Of a stretch of 64,000 nucleotides of DNA, positions 29,506-38,865 are shown piece after piece. The position numbers and the translations under genes were made by a program. A model generated the notes under the pieces. That model was not told the origin of the DNA. It ran no database searches and saw only the letters and a program-made list of their open reading frames with translations. The stretch is taken from NCBI GenBank assembly GCA_963741945.1, contig CAVUKA010000003.1, positions 480,001 through 544,000 of the forward strand, read 5' to 3'. This DNA comes from an uncultured Gemmatimonadales bacterium. GTDB lineage: Bacteria; Gemmatimonadota; Gemmatimonadetes; Longimicrobiales; RSA9. Numbering within the stretch: the first letter of the stretch is position 1; every line of letters begins with the position of its first letter.

Positions 29506-30600
29506 TCACTGTTCGAACAGCCCGAGCTGGCCGTCCACCCGCGGCCTGCGGAACGCTTCCGCGGACAGCGCGATACGGCCGTCCCGCAGGCCGTGCCGGC
29601 GGAGCGCGGCCCGGAAGAGCTGGTGCAGCTGCTCCGCGTACGGTCCCTCCCCGCGCATGCGGGACCCGAAGCGCGCGTCGTTCAGCGCGCCGCCGCGGAT
29701 CTCGCGGATCCGGTGCAGCACCCTCGCCTTTCGATCGGGGAAGTGCGCCTCGAGCCATTCGGTGAAGAGCGCCTTGACGCCATGCGGCAGCCGCACCAGC
29801 AGCATGGATGCGGCCACCGCGCCGGCGGCGGCCGCGGCCTCCACGAGCGCGGGAACCTCCTCATCAGTCAGTCCGGGGATGATGGGCGCGATCATGGCGC
29901 GGACGGGCACGCCGGCGGCCGCGAGGCGCCGGATGGCGTCCAGGCGGCGGGCGGGCGAGGCGGTGCGCGGCTCCATGGCGCGCTGGAGGTCGGGGCGGAG
30001 CGAGGTCAGCGACACCGCGACGGCGGCGGCGCGGTGCGTCGCCAGCTCCCCGAGCAGGTCGGCGTCGCGCGTGACCAGGTGGTTCTTCGTGATGACCGAG
30101 ACGGGGTGGCGGCACTCGGCCAGGACTTCCAGACAGGCGCGTGTGAGGCGCAGCCGCCGCTCCACCGGCTGGTACGGGTCCGTGACGCCGCTCAGGCCGA
30201 TGGGCTCGGGCTTCCAGCGCGAGGATGAGAGCGCCTTCCTGAGCAGCGCCGGGGCGTCCTCCTTCACCAGGATGCGGGTCTCGAAATCCAGGCCCGCGGA
30301 GAAGCCCAGATACTCGTGCGTGGGACGGGCGTAGCAGTAGATGCACCCGTGCTCGCACCCCCGGTACGGGTTCAGCATCCAGGCGCACGGCACGTCCGGG
30401 CTGTCGTTCCGGTTGAGGATCGTGCGGGAGGAATCGCGGAAGAAGAGGGTGGGACGCGCCGGATCGTCCGGGTCCGTCCACGACTCCGTGGCCACGGTGT
30501 GGAGCCGCTCGAACCGGTTCGGCGGGTTGTCCGTGGCGCCCCGACCCCGGAGCGCGCGGTCCCCGGGCGGCTGCCCTTCGGGCGCACCGATCCCGGTCAT
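29506..30600 (-). CDS. PA0069/Rv2578c-family radical SAM protein (SplB-like, DNA-repair associated)
   Basis: NPYRGCEHGCIYCYARPTH, TDPYQPVE, EPRTASP; ATGA overlap with the dnaE2 stop. Confidence 0.9.
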   Translation of the reverse strand: MTGIGAPEGQPPGDRALRGRGATDNPPNRFERLHTVATESWTDPDDPARPTLFFRDSSRTILNRNDSPDVPCAWMLNPYRGCEHGCIYCYARPTHEYLGFSAGLDFETRILVKEDAPALLRKALSSSRWKPEPIGLSGVTDPYQPVERRLRLTRACLEVLAECRHPVSVITKNHLVTRDADLLGELATHRAAAVAVSLTSLRPDLQRAMEPRTASPARRLDAIRRLAAAGVPVRAMIAPIIPGLTDEEVPALVEAAAAAGAVAASMLLVRLPHGVKALFTEWLEAHFPDRKARVLHRIREIRGGALNDARFGSRMRGEGPYAEQLHQLFRAALRRHGLRDGRIALSAEAFRRPRVDGQLGLFEQ

Positions 30601-33600
30601 GAGACGCCCCCGGCCGTGCGCCGCGCCGGCCGCTTGCGCCGCTCCATCTCCCGGAACCGGCTCGCCACCACGTTCAGCACCCGCCCCTCCCGCTCGAAGC
30701 GGCCCTGGACCAGCAGGAAGGGCGAGGTGTTGATCGCCTCCCTGTACGACTGGTAGACGGGCGGCGGGATGATCACGTTGATGAAGCCCGATTCGTCCTC
30801 CATGAGGATGAACACGGTGCCGTTCGCCGTGGCGGGATGCTGCCGGGCGACGACCAGCCCCGCCACCACCACGGGCGCCCGGTCCGCCAGCCCCGGCAGG
30901 TCCACGGATGCGGCCACGCCGTACTCCCGGAGCCGTGGCCGGATGTGCTCCATGGGGTGTCCGGCCACGGAGATGCCGGTGGCGAGATAGTCGAGGAAGA
31001 TGAGGTCCTCGTCGTCCATCTCGTCGGGCCGGAACGGGAGCCGACGGGCCGGGGCCAGCGGGAGCGTGTCGCCGGCGGCGCGCAGCGCCTCCCACGCCGC
31101 TTTCCGGCGGCCGGGCTCGAACGCTTCGAACGCGCCCGCCCGTGCCAGGTGGAGCGCGTCGGCCCGGGTGAGGCCGGCACGGCGGACCACGTCGGAGACC
31201 GACGCGAACGGGCCGCCGGCGCCCGCCCGCTGCAGCCGGTCGCGCGCCTCCTCGCCCAGTCCCCGGATGTGCTTCCAGCCGATGCGGACGGCGGGCTCCT
31301 CCCCCTCCAGCGTGCAGTCCCACTCGCCGTGACGGAGACAGGGCGGGCGCACCTCCACGCCGTTGCGCCGGGCCTCGTGGACCAGTGTGGCGGGCGGGTA
31401 GAAGCCCATAGGCCACGCGTTGAGGAGCGCCATGAGGAAATCGGCCGGGTAGTGCGCCTTCAGGTACGCGGTGGCGTAGGCGATGAGGGCGAAGCTCCAG
31501 GCGTGGCTCTCGGGGAAGCCGTAGTTGGAGAAGGAGTAGAGGTCGTCGGTGATGCGCTCCGCGTCCTCCGGCGGCACGCCGTTCCGCGCCATCCGCTCCC
31601 GCAGCCGCTGGATGGCCGCGTGCAGCTTCGGCAGCTTGCGACGGTGCCCCATGGCGCGCCGGAGCTCGTCCGCCTCCGCGGCCGTGAACCCGCCCAGCGC
31701 CATGGAGATGGCCATGGCCTGCTCCTGGAAGATGGGGATGCCGTACGTGCGCCGGAGGATCGGCTTCAGCCGCTCGTCCAGGTACTCCACCTCCTCCAGC
31801 CCGAGCCGGCGACGCGTGTAGGGGCGGACGAACCGGGCCTGGATCGGGCCCGGCCGGATCAGCGCCACCTGGACCACGATGTCGTAGAGCCGCCGCGGCT
31901 GCGTCTGGAGGATGGACTGGATCTGCGCCCGGGACTCGATCTGGAACGTGCCCAGCGTGTCCCCCCGGCCGATCATGTCGTACGTGGCCGGGTCGTCCAC
32001 GGGGAGGTCGTAGAGCGCCATCTCCCGGCCCGTGCGCGCGCGGATGGCGTCGAATGCCTTGTGGACCACGGACAGGCCGCCGAGCCCCAGGAAGTCGAAC
32101 TTCGGCACGCCCGCGGCGTCCAGGTCATCCTTGTCGAACTGGAGGATGGTGCGCCCCATCGTCGTCTCCTCGATGGGGAGGAACTCGCCCAGCGGGTCAC
32201 TGGACAGGACGAAGCCGCCCGGGTGCGTCGAGCGGAGCCGGGGGACGTCGTCCAGGGAGCGGAGCGCCGAGAGCAGCGCCCGCCCCTTCGGCGACGAAGT
32301 GTCCACCCCATGCTGCGCGGCCAGCCCCGCCTCCAGCGCCTCGGCCGCTTCGGACGGCTCCCGGCCGTGCAGCCGCTTGCTCAGCTCGAACGCCGTCTCC
32401 GCCGGCCAGCCCAGCGCGCGCATGCAGTCCTGAATGGCCGTGGGCGCGTGGAAGACCTGCGTCACGGCCGTGATGGCGGCGTGCTGCCGGCCGTAGCGCG
32501 TGTACATGTAGTCCAGGACTTCCTCGCGACGGTGCATCTCGAAGTCCACGTCGATGTCCGGCGCCTCCGTGAGGCCGTCGATGCGGACCTCGGAGAGGAA
32601 GCGCTCGAAGAGCAGGCCGTGACGCACGGGGTCCACTGCCGTGATCTCCAGGCAGAACGCCACCGCGGAGTTGGCCGCGCTCCCCCGCCCCTGACACAGG
32701 ATCCCGCGCTCACGGGCTTCCCGCACCGCGTCCCACATGACCAGGAAGAAGCCCGAGAATCCCAGCCGGTCGATCACGCCCAGCTCGTGCTCCAGCTGCG
32801 CTCGCTGGCGCGCGTCCAGCACGCCCCACCGCTTCGTCGCGCCCCGGTACGTCAGCTCCCGCAGCCAGGAGCCGTCCGTCTGGCCCCGCGGGACCGGGAA
32901 CTTCGGCAGCGGCGGACGCACCCACTTCAGGTCGAACGCGCACGCCTCCGCGATGGCCGCCGACGCCTCCAGGCCGGCCTCGCGCCCCTTCCACAGCCGC
33001 GCCATCTCCGCCGGACTCTTCAGCCGCCACTCCCCGTTCGGGTGCAGCACTCCCCAGCTCGCCGCCGTGTCGATGTCCAGGTCGGCCCGGAGCGCGGTCA
33101 GGAGGTCGTGGACCAGGCGGCTGCCGCCGTCCGCGTAGCGCGGATCGTTCGTCGCCACCCACGGCACCCCCTGCCGCTGCGCCAGCTCGATGAGCGCCCC
33201 CGCCAGCGCCCCCTCCTCCCCCGACACGTGGTGCAGCCCCACTTCCACCGCCAGGCGCCCCGGGAACAGCTCCCGCAGCCGCGACAGCAGGAACATCGCC
33301 TCCTCCGGCCGACCCTGCCGAAGCATGCTCGCCAGCTCCCCCTCCGCCGGACCCGTCAGCAGGTACAGCCCCCCGGTGCGACCCTCCAGCTCCGAGAGCG
33401 TCAGGAGCGGCTGGCCGCGCGCGGGGATCGATGCCGACGTCCCCGGGCGCGCCCGGGCGCCGTCCATCCCGGTCCCGGGCGAAACGCCCGGGGAGGCGCT
33501 CCGTGCGGCGCCCGGGGAGGCCGGCTCGGGCCGCCGCCGCGAGGTCACCGCCGTCGCCCGCGTGCGCACCCGGCCGTCCCGATCCAGATGCAGTCCGGAG

Positions 33601-33947
33601 CCCCCGTAGGCATCGACCCGCTCCGCCTTCTCCGCGAGCCACGCCCCCCAGTTCCCCATGCGGCTCCGCGTCACCAGCCCCGCCAGGTTGCGAAAGCCCC
33701 TGCGGTCGCACGCCAGCACTGCCAACGGGTGGCCGTCCACCACCAGCTCCGCCCCCACTACCGGCCGGATCCCCGCACCCTTCGCCTCCAGCGCGAAGCG
33801 GATCGCACCACCCAGGTCCGACCGGTCGGTCAGACCCAACGACGCATACCCCTGGGCCGCCGCCGCGCGGACCAGCGCCTCGGGTGTGAGCGCGCCATCG
33901 CCGAACGAGAAGGCGGAGTGGGCGCGGAGCTCGGTGAATGCGGTCAT
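30597..33947 (-). CDS. dnaE2: Error-prone DNA polymerase III alpha (DnaE2/ImuC)
   Basis: PHP domain (HSAFSF), GRGSAANS, PDIDVD, FQIESRAQ, YGFPESHA, PMGFY, ARQHPATA; near imuA and imuB. Confidence 0.93.
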   Translation of the reverse strand: MTAFTELRAHSAFSFGDGALTPEALVRAAAAQGYASLGLTDRSDLGGAIRFALEAKGAGIRPVVGAELVVDGHPLAVLACDRRGFRNLAGLVTRSRMGNWGAWLAEKAERVDAYGGSGLHLDRDGRVRTRATAVTSRRRPEPASPGAARSASPGVSPGTGMDGARARPGTSASIPARGQPLLTLSELEGRTGGLYLLTGPAEGELASMLRQGRPEEAMFLLSRLRELFPGRLAVEVGLHHVSGEEGALAGALIELAQRQGVPWVATNDPRYADGGSRLVHDLLTALRADLDIDTAASWGVLHPNGEWRLKSPAEMARLWKGREAGLEASAAIAEACAFDLKWVRPPLPKFPVPRGQTDGSWLRELTYRGATKRWGVLDARQRAQLEHELGVIDRLGFSGFFLVMWDAVREARERGILCQGRGSAANSAVAFCLEITAVDPVRHGLLFERFLSEVRIDGLTEAPDIDVDFEMHRREEVLDYMYTRYGRQHAAITAVTQVFHAPTAIQDCMRALGWPAETAFELSKRLHGREPSEAAEALEAGLAAQHGVDTSSPKGRALLSALRSLDDVPRLRSTHPGGFVLSSDPLGEFLPIEETTMGRTILQFDKDDLDAAGVPKFDFLGLGGLSVVHKAFDAIRARTGREMALYDLPVDDPATYDMIGRGDTLGTFQIESRAQIQSILQTQPRRLYDIVVQVALIRPGPIQARFVRPYTRRRLGLEEVEYLDERLKPILRRTYGIPIFQEQAMAISMALGGFTAAEADELRRAMGHRRKLPKLHAAIQRLRERMARNGVPPEDAERITDDLYSFSNYGFPESHAWSFALIAYATAYLKAHYPADFLMALLNAWPMGFYPPATLVHEARRNGVEVRPPCLRHGEWDCTLEGEEPAVRIGWKHIRGLGEEARDRLQRAGAGGPFASVSDVVRRAGLTRADALHLARAGAFEAFEPGRRKAAWEALRAAGDTLPLAPARRLPFRPDEMDDEDLIFLDYLATGISVAGHPMEHIRPRLREYGVAASVDLPGLADRAPVVVAGLVVARQHPATANGTVFILMEDESGFINVIIPPPVYQSYREAINTSPFLLVQGRFEREGRVLNVVASRFREMERRKRPARRTAGGVS

Positions 33948-34009
33948 GCTGTAGTCCGGGGTCTGTGGGGACGCGAAGGCCGCCGGGGGAGCGGCGGCCT
34001 GGCGTCGAG

Positions 34010-34069
34010 CCGAAGATTTACCGAAAGAAAGATGGCATCGACGAAGACCGAACACAACCCGAAAGGAAG
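34010..34069 (-). promoter_or_regulatory. dnaE2 promoter overlapped by two TTCGG-N6-TTCGG direct repeats
   Basis: Minus strand TTGTGT-N17-(TGn)CATCTT; repeats at 34010-34025 and 34048-34063. Confidence 0.6.
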
Positions 34070-34241
34070 AAGCCCCGTGGCCGGAAAGGGCGAGTGGGGC
34101 GGACCGTCGCGGCCGGTCTTTTCATCCCGGCAGAGCCCCCCTATTCTGTGGGGTCCAGCGCGCCTTCGGCCGTCGGCGCCGAAGCCCATCGTGTTGCCCG
34201 GCGGCGAGCCGGCAGGTGATTCATCCATCCCGGAGATCCTG

Positions 34242-35348
34242 ATGATGCAGCAGTGCAGTCGAGTCGTTTCTCACCGATCCGCCGCCGCCCGTTTCGGCCT
34301 TCTCGTGATCGCGGCGCTGCTCGCGGTTCCCGCTGCGGTCGTGGCCCAGGGCATCACGTACAGGGAAGTGAGCCAGGCCAGGCTGCCCGGCACGGCCGGG
34401 AAGGTGATCGGCGCGCTGAGCGGCGGGATGAAGTCGGAGCAGACGGTGAGCATCGCGGATGGAACGATGCGCACGGACAGTGAGGGGTCCTCAACGATCC
34501 TGGACACGCGGGCGCGCCGCTGGATCTTCCTGGACCACGAGAAGAAGCAGTACTACACGATGTCGATGGACGACCTGGCGAAGTCGATGGAGCAGGTGAG
34601 CGGGCAGCTGAAGGAGGCGCAAGCGCAGCAGGAGGCGGAATCGGCGAATGGCGCCGGCACCGACTCGGCAGGGATCGAGTGGAGCTTCGACCTGAACGTG
34701 GACCGCACGGGCCAGACCCGTCCGGTGTCGGGCTACCCCGCGGACGAAGTGCTGATGACCCTGACCATCCAGGGCAAGGGAACGGACCAGGAGACCGGCG
34801 ACACGGCCAGCATGAACATGGTCCTCTTCAGCGATCTCTGGATGAGCACCGACGCCGTCCTCGCCGACGCCATGAAGCAGCTCGGCAAGGGGATGGGCGA
34901 GATGGCCCGATCCGGTGAGGCGTCCATGGCGAACGGAATGGAGGCCGCCTTCGGCCAGGATCCGCGGATCAGGGCCGGCATGGCGAAGGCCGCCGAGGAA
35001 GCCTCCAAGCTCGAAGGGATCCAGCTCAGGAGCACCACCTATGTCGTGCTCCTGCCTCCCGGCACCGATTTCGATCCCCAGCTCGCCCTCAACGGACCCG
35101 AGAAGAAGGAAGGCAACGCCGTCGCCGACGCCGCCAGGAACGCCGTCTCCAACAAGCTCGGCGGCCTGCTCGGGCGCAAGAAGAAGGAAGCGCCGAAGGA
35201 AGAAGAATCCGCCGCGCCGCAGCAGACCACGCTCATGACCACCACCACCGAAGTCACCAGCATCGACGTCGGGCCCGTGCCGGCCGACCGGTTCACCGTA
35301 CCGACCGGCTACGAGGAAGTGCAGCCGCCCACCGCTTCCGGGGGGTGA
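34242..35348 (+). CDS. Secreted hypothetical protein (DUF4412/GLPGLI-like)
   Basis: Signal peptide; LDHEKKQYY, RTGQTRPVSGY, FTVPTGYEEV; codon usage looks coding. Confidence 0.65.
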   Translation: MMQQCSRVVSHRSAAARFGLLVIAALLAVPAAVVAQGITYREVSQARLPGTAGKVIGALSGGMKSEQTVSIADGTMRTDSEGSSTILDTRARRWIFLDHEKKQYYTMSMDDLAKSMEQVSGQLKEAQAQQEAESANGAGTDSAGIEWSFDLNVDRTGQTRPVSGYPADEVLMTLTIQGKGTDQETGDTASMNMVLFSDLWMSTDAVLADAMKQLGKGMGEMARSGEASMANGMEAAFGQDPRIRAGMAKAAEEASKLEGIQLRSTTYVVLLPPGTDFDPQLALNGPEKKEGNAVADAARNAVSNKLGGLLGRKKKEAPKEEESAAPQQTTLMTTTTEVTSIDVGPVPADRFTVPTGYEEVQPPTASGG

Positions 35349-35378
35349 GCGTCACCGGCACGAGTAGGCTGCCGGTCC

Positions 35379-36945
35379 TCAATCCCAGTACCCGTGGACG
35401 TACCAGGCGCCGTCCACGGCGTCGCGGTAGATCCAGAGCGGGACGCCCTCGTCGGTGATACAGCGGTAGTATTCGCGGGCGTACGGCGAGGGCTCCCACT
35501 GTCCGCCGGAGATACGGTCGGGCCCCGCCGCCACCACCAGCTCCCGCCAGCCACCCCGGTCCCGGACCCGCAGGGGGGCCTCGTGGTCGCGACGAGGGAC
35601 GGTCTCCACCCGGACCGGGCGGGGCGGGTCCAGGAGCTGGAGGACCATGTCGGCGCCGCCGGCCGCGCCGGTTGCCGGCAGCGTCGCCGAGCCGGGCGCT
35701 CCGCCGGAAGCGGACGGCTTCGGGGTCGCGGCCACCCGCTCCAGGCTCACGGGCGTCCAGTCGGCGCGGCGCTCCACGAGCGGGTGGGCTCCGGACACGG
35801 GGGCGAGGGGGAGCGCCTGCCGGTCGGCGAGCCGGGCTACGGCGGTCTCCACGGCGGACGCGGTGGCGAAGCCGCGGTCGAAGAGGTCGCCCTGCTGCAC
35901 GGCGGCCGCCTCGGCGGCGACCACTTCCAGGCGCATCCCCGCCACGGCGTCCGGGACCGTGAGGCTGTCGAGGAGGTCGCGCAGGAGTCGGAGCCAGTTC
36001 TCCCGGCTGGCGGTGGGACGCGCCGGCCGGAGCGTGCGCGCCCACTCGTCGCCATTGGCCAGCGGGAGCGTGAGGCGGAGCGCCCGCGCGTGTTCGCCCC
36101 GCGCCGCCAGTCCCTCGCACAGCGGACCCAGGAGCGCGTTGGCCGTGAACAGCAGCCGGGACGGGTCCGTCAGGACGTACTCGACGAAATCGATGGAGCC
36201 ATGGGGTCGCTCGGGCGGGACCGGGCGGAACAGGCGACGCCGGTCGTCGCCACGCGCCAGCCGCCAGAACGCCACCGCGCCCGCCCCGAAGCGCACCTCC
36301 ACCGCCTCCCGCTCCAGCGCCGCCAGCTCGCCCACGCGGCCGATACCCACACCGTCGAGGAGCGTGCGCAGGCGGTCGTCCGGGCCGAGCGCCCGCACCG
36401 GGAGATCCGCCATCCACGCCGCCTCCCCGCCCCGCTCCACCACCACGACGGCACCGGAAGCGCTGTCGGCATCCGCCCTCGACCCCACCCCCTTCCGCCA
36501 CCCCCACCCCGTCCGCTCCTTCACCAGGAACGGCGTCGCCCCGGCCCGGCCCGCGGCTTCACCACCGAAGCGCGCCGCCAGCTCCGCGGTCACCGGGATC
36601 GCGGCCACGCCCGCCCGGACCCCCGCGCCCGCCTCGCCCGTCTCGCCCGTCTCGCCCGTCTCGCCCGTCTCGCCCGTCTCGCCCGTCTCGCCCGTCTCGC
36701 CCCTCGCGCCCGTCTCGCACCAGCCGCGCCACCAGCGCCACCGCCAGCGCCCTGGCATCGAGCCCCCGGGCATCCGCCCATACCACCTCACGGTCCACCC
36801 GGACCCGCGGCGCCAGCTCCGCTACCAGCAGGCCGGCCGCCCGCGGGGAATCGAGCGCCAGGGAAGCGGGATCGGCGGCGTCGCCTTCAGCGGGTAGAGA
36901 CGCCCCGGCGATCGACCAGCCGGGGCTCCAGAGACAGACGTACAT
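35379..36945 (-). pseudogene. imuB: ImuB (inactive Y-family polymerase-like protein), split by a 1-nt frameshift near 36700; either a real lesion or a sequencing error
   Basis: The N-terminus (MYVCLWSP...LAPRV...VWADARG) is in ORF 36559-36945; the body (LPVRAL, GIGRVGELAAL, QGDLF, GPDRISGGQW...REYY, YVHGYWD) is in ORF 35379-36791. Confidence 0.8.
36633..36702. repeat. 9-bp tandem repeat (CTCGCCCGT) x7 plus a partial copy, inside imuB
   Basis: Read directly; encodes (GET)7 in the ImuB frame. Confidence 0.95.
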
Positions 36946-37594
36946 CGTGATGCTTCACTCCCAACCGGAAACGGACCCGCCGATCCAGCCCCAACGACTC
37001 CAGCCTCGCCCGCACCGCCACGGACTCCAGCGCCACCGGCTCACCGAACGGACCCCGCCGCCAGCGGAACCCCGCCGGATCGAACGAGGACGACACCCTC
37101 AGGTGCGACACGGGCGCCCCCGCCGCCAGCGCCACGAACGCGCTCCCACCTTCCCTCGCCGCCCGACCCAGGCGCACACCCTCGCCGTCCCCCAGCACCT
37201 CCCCATCCCCCACCAGGACGACGAGGGCGAAGCCACCCGAGCGCAGCAGCTCCTCCGCCACCAGCGCCGCATCCGCCTCGCCCGGCCGGAAGAGCAGCGG
37301 GCCTCCATCCCAGTACGCCGCCGCCACCTCCCCCCGCCCGTCCACCCACGCCGCACGCTCCCCCGCCGCCACCCGCTCACGACTCGCCGCACGCAGCACC
37401 GCCGTGCTCCCGCCCCCCGGGCGCCAGAGCGTCACGCGCCCCCGTGGCAGCCCCCCCGCCGGCAGCGCCGCATCCAGCGCGGCCACGCTCGTGGGCAGCG
37501 CGCCCGCCAGCCCCGTGCGCACCGGCTGGGCGTCGGGAAAGCGACGCTCCAGCTCCCTGCGGAGCTCCAGGACCCGAGCGGGCAATGCGGCCAC
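36887..37594 (-). CDS. imuA: ImuA-like RecA/SulA-fold protein
   Basis: LPTSVAALDAALPAGGLPRG, AAWVD, AEELLRSGGFALVV; GGAGG RBS; overlaps the imuB start. Confidence 0.8.
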   Translation of the reverse strand: MAALPARVLELRRELERRFPDAQPVRTGLAGALPTSVAALDAALPAGGLPRGRVTLWRPGGGSTAVLRAASRERVAAGERAAWVDGRGEVAAAYWDGGPLLFRPGEADAALVAEELLRSGGFALVVLVGDGEVLGDGEGVRLGRAAREGGSAFVALAAGAPVSHLRVSSSFDPAGFRWRRGPFGEPVALESVAVRARLESLGLDRRVRFRLGVKHHDVRLSLEPRLVDRRGVSTR

Positions 37595-37642
37595 GTGCGT
37601 TTCCCCTCCATTCAAGGATGCGATGCGAAGCCAGGGGCCCGT

Positions 37643-37673
37643 AGTGTAATACCGAAGGAAAACCGAAAGCAAG
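37643..37673 (-). promoter_or_regulatory. imuA promoter with a TTCGG-N6-TTCGG repeat in the spacer
   Basis: Minus strand TTGCTT-N18-TACACT; repeat at 37652-37667. Confidence 0.6.
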
Positions 37674-37941
37674 GGTCGAAGAGGAACCGTGACACGAAGG
37701 GGCTCGAAGGGTCGAAGGATCGAAGGGGGCAGCGCGGAGCCCCGGGTCGGAACCGAGGGTCGCGGGCATGGAAGCGATCCGGATTTCCGACTCCCGGTGA
37801 GCTTCGGGTCACCGGGCAAACCAAGCTCCGGAGCATGCCCTGACCGGAACGGTCGGCTTCCCCGCGAACCTCGGATCGCTTTCCGGGCCTTCGAGCCCTT
37901 CGACCCTTCGACCCTTCGTGTCAAGACTTTCTTCGACCCTT
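37671..37941. repeat. Inverted-repeat-bounded structured element (GGGTCGAAG/CTTCGACCC arms); MITE-like or ncRNA
   Basis: 37671-37682 pairs with 37930-37941, and 37690-37701 with 37912-37923; internal stems and a C(TTCG)G hairpin. Confidence 0.65.
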
Positions 37942-37994
37942 CCCGCCCCCCTTCGACGCTTCCACTGGCAGGCCGGTTGCGGTGCCGGGCCACC

Positions 37995-38729
37995 ATGAAG
38001 CTCACGTTCCTGGGGACCCGTGGAGAGATCGAGGCGAGGACTCGCCTGCACCGGATGCACACGTCGCTGCTGGTGTCGTACCGCGGGGGTCGCGTGATGA
38101 TCGACGCGGGCGCGGACTGGCTGGAAGCCGTGCACGAGCTGCGGCCGCGTCCGCACGCTGTGGTGATCACGCACGCGCACCCGGACCACGCCTGGGGCCT
38201 GGAGCACGGCTCGCCCGCGCCGGTGTGGGCGACGGCGGCGGCGTGGGAAGGGATGGCGGAGTACGCGATCCCGGAAGCGGATCGGCGGGTCGTCGTCGCC
38301 CGGGAGCCGTTCGAAGTGCGGGGAATCCGCTTCGAGGCGTTTCCGGTGGAGCATTCCATCCGGGCGCCCGCGGTGGGCTACCGGATCACGGCGGGGCGGG
38401 TGATGGTGTGGTACGCGCCGGACCTGGTCTACATCGAGGAGCGCGCGGAAGCACTGGGCGGCTGTCGCCTCTACATCGGCGACGGCGCCACCATGACGCA
38501 GTCGTTCGTGCGTCGCCGGGGGAAGACGCTGGTGGGCCACACGCCGGTGCGGACGCAGCTGACGTGGTGCGCGAAGGAAGGGGTGCCACGGGCAGTGATC
38601 ACGCACTGCGGCAAGCAGATCGTGGAAGGCGACGAGCGAGTTCTGGGCGCGGAGCTCCGCGCCATGGCGGAGGAGCGGGGCGTGGAGGCGGAGTTCGCGC
38701 GGGACGGGCAGGAGATCGTGTTGCGATGA
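37995..38729 (+). CDS. MBL-fold metallo-hydrolase
   Basis: MKLTFLGT, IDAG, THAHPDH (HxHxDH), VEHS, ITHCG. Confidence 0.88.
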   Translation: MKLTFLGTRGEIEARTRLHRMHTSLLVSYRGGRVMIDAGADWLEAVHELRPRPHAVVITHAHPDHAWGLEHGSPAPVWATAAAWEGMAEYAIPEADRRVVVAREPFEVRGIRFEAFPVEHSIRAPAVGYRITAGRVMVWYAPDLVYIEERAEALGGCRLYIGDGATMTQSFVRRRGKTLVGHTPVRTQLTWCAKEGVPRAVITHCGKQIVEGDERVLGAELRAMAEERGVEAEFARDGQEIVLR

Positions 38730-38865
38730 CGGAGGCGCGAAGACCTTCCTCTTCTCCATTTCTCTCCTGTCCGTTCGCGCCTTCGCGTAATGGGGTTGCC
38801 GGGGGGCGGCGGGGCGGCGCATCCTGCACGGGACAGCGGGGTGCGCAGGGGCGGTCGAACGGGGG

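Noticed and set aside
30837-34241. 1503-aa plus-strand ORF and similar long antisense ORFs (48093-50681, 41929-44232, 23684-26683)
   Set aside because: These are shadow ORFs opposite real genes in high-GC DNA; only 34242-35348 of the 1503-aa ORF looks coding
36633-36702. Phase variation of imuB by repeat copy number
   Set aside because: A 9-bp unit preserves the reading frame, so copy-number change cannot switch the gene on or off
37744-37830. HDV-like ribozyme (GGGTCGG...CCGACTC resembles P1)
   Set aside because: No P3/L3, P1.1 or J4/2 elements in the required positions
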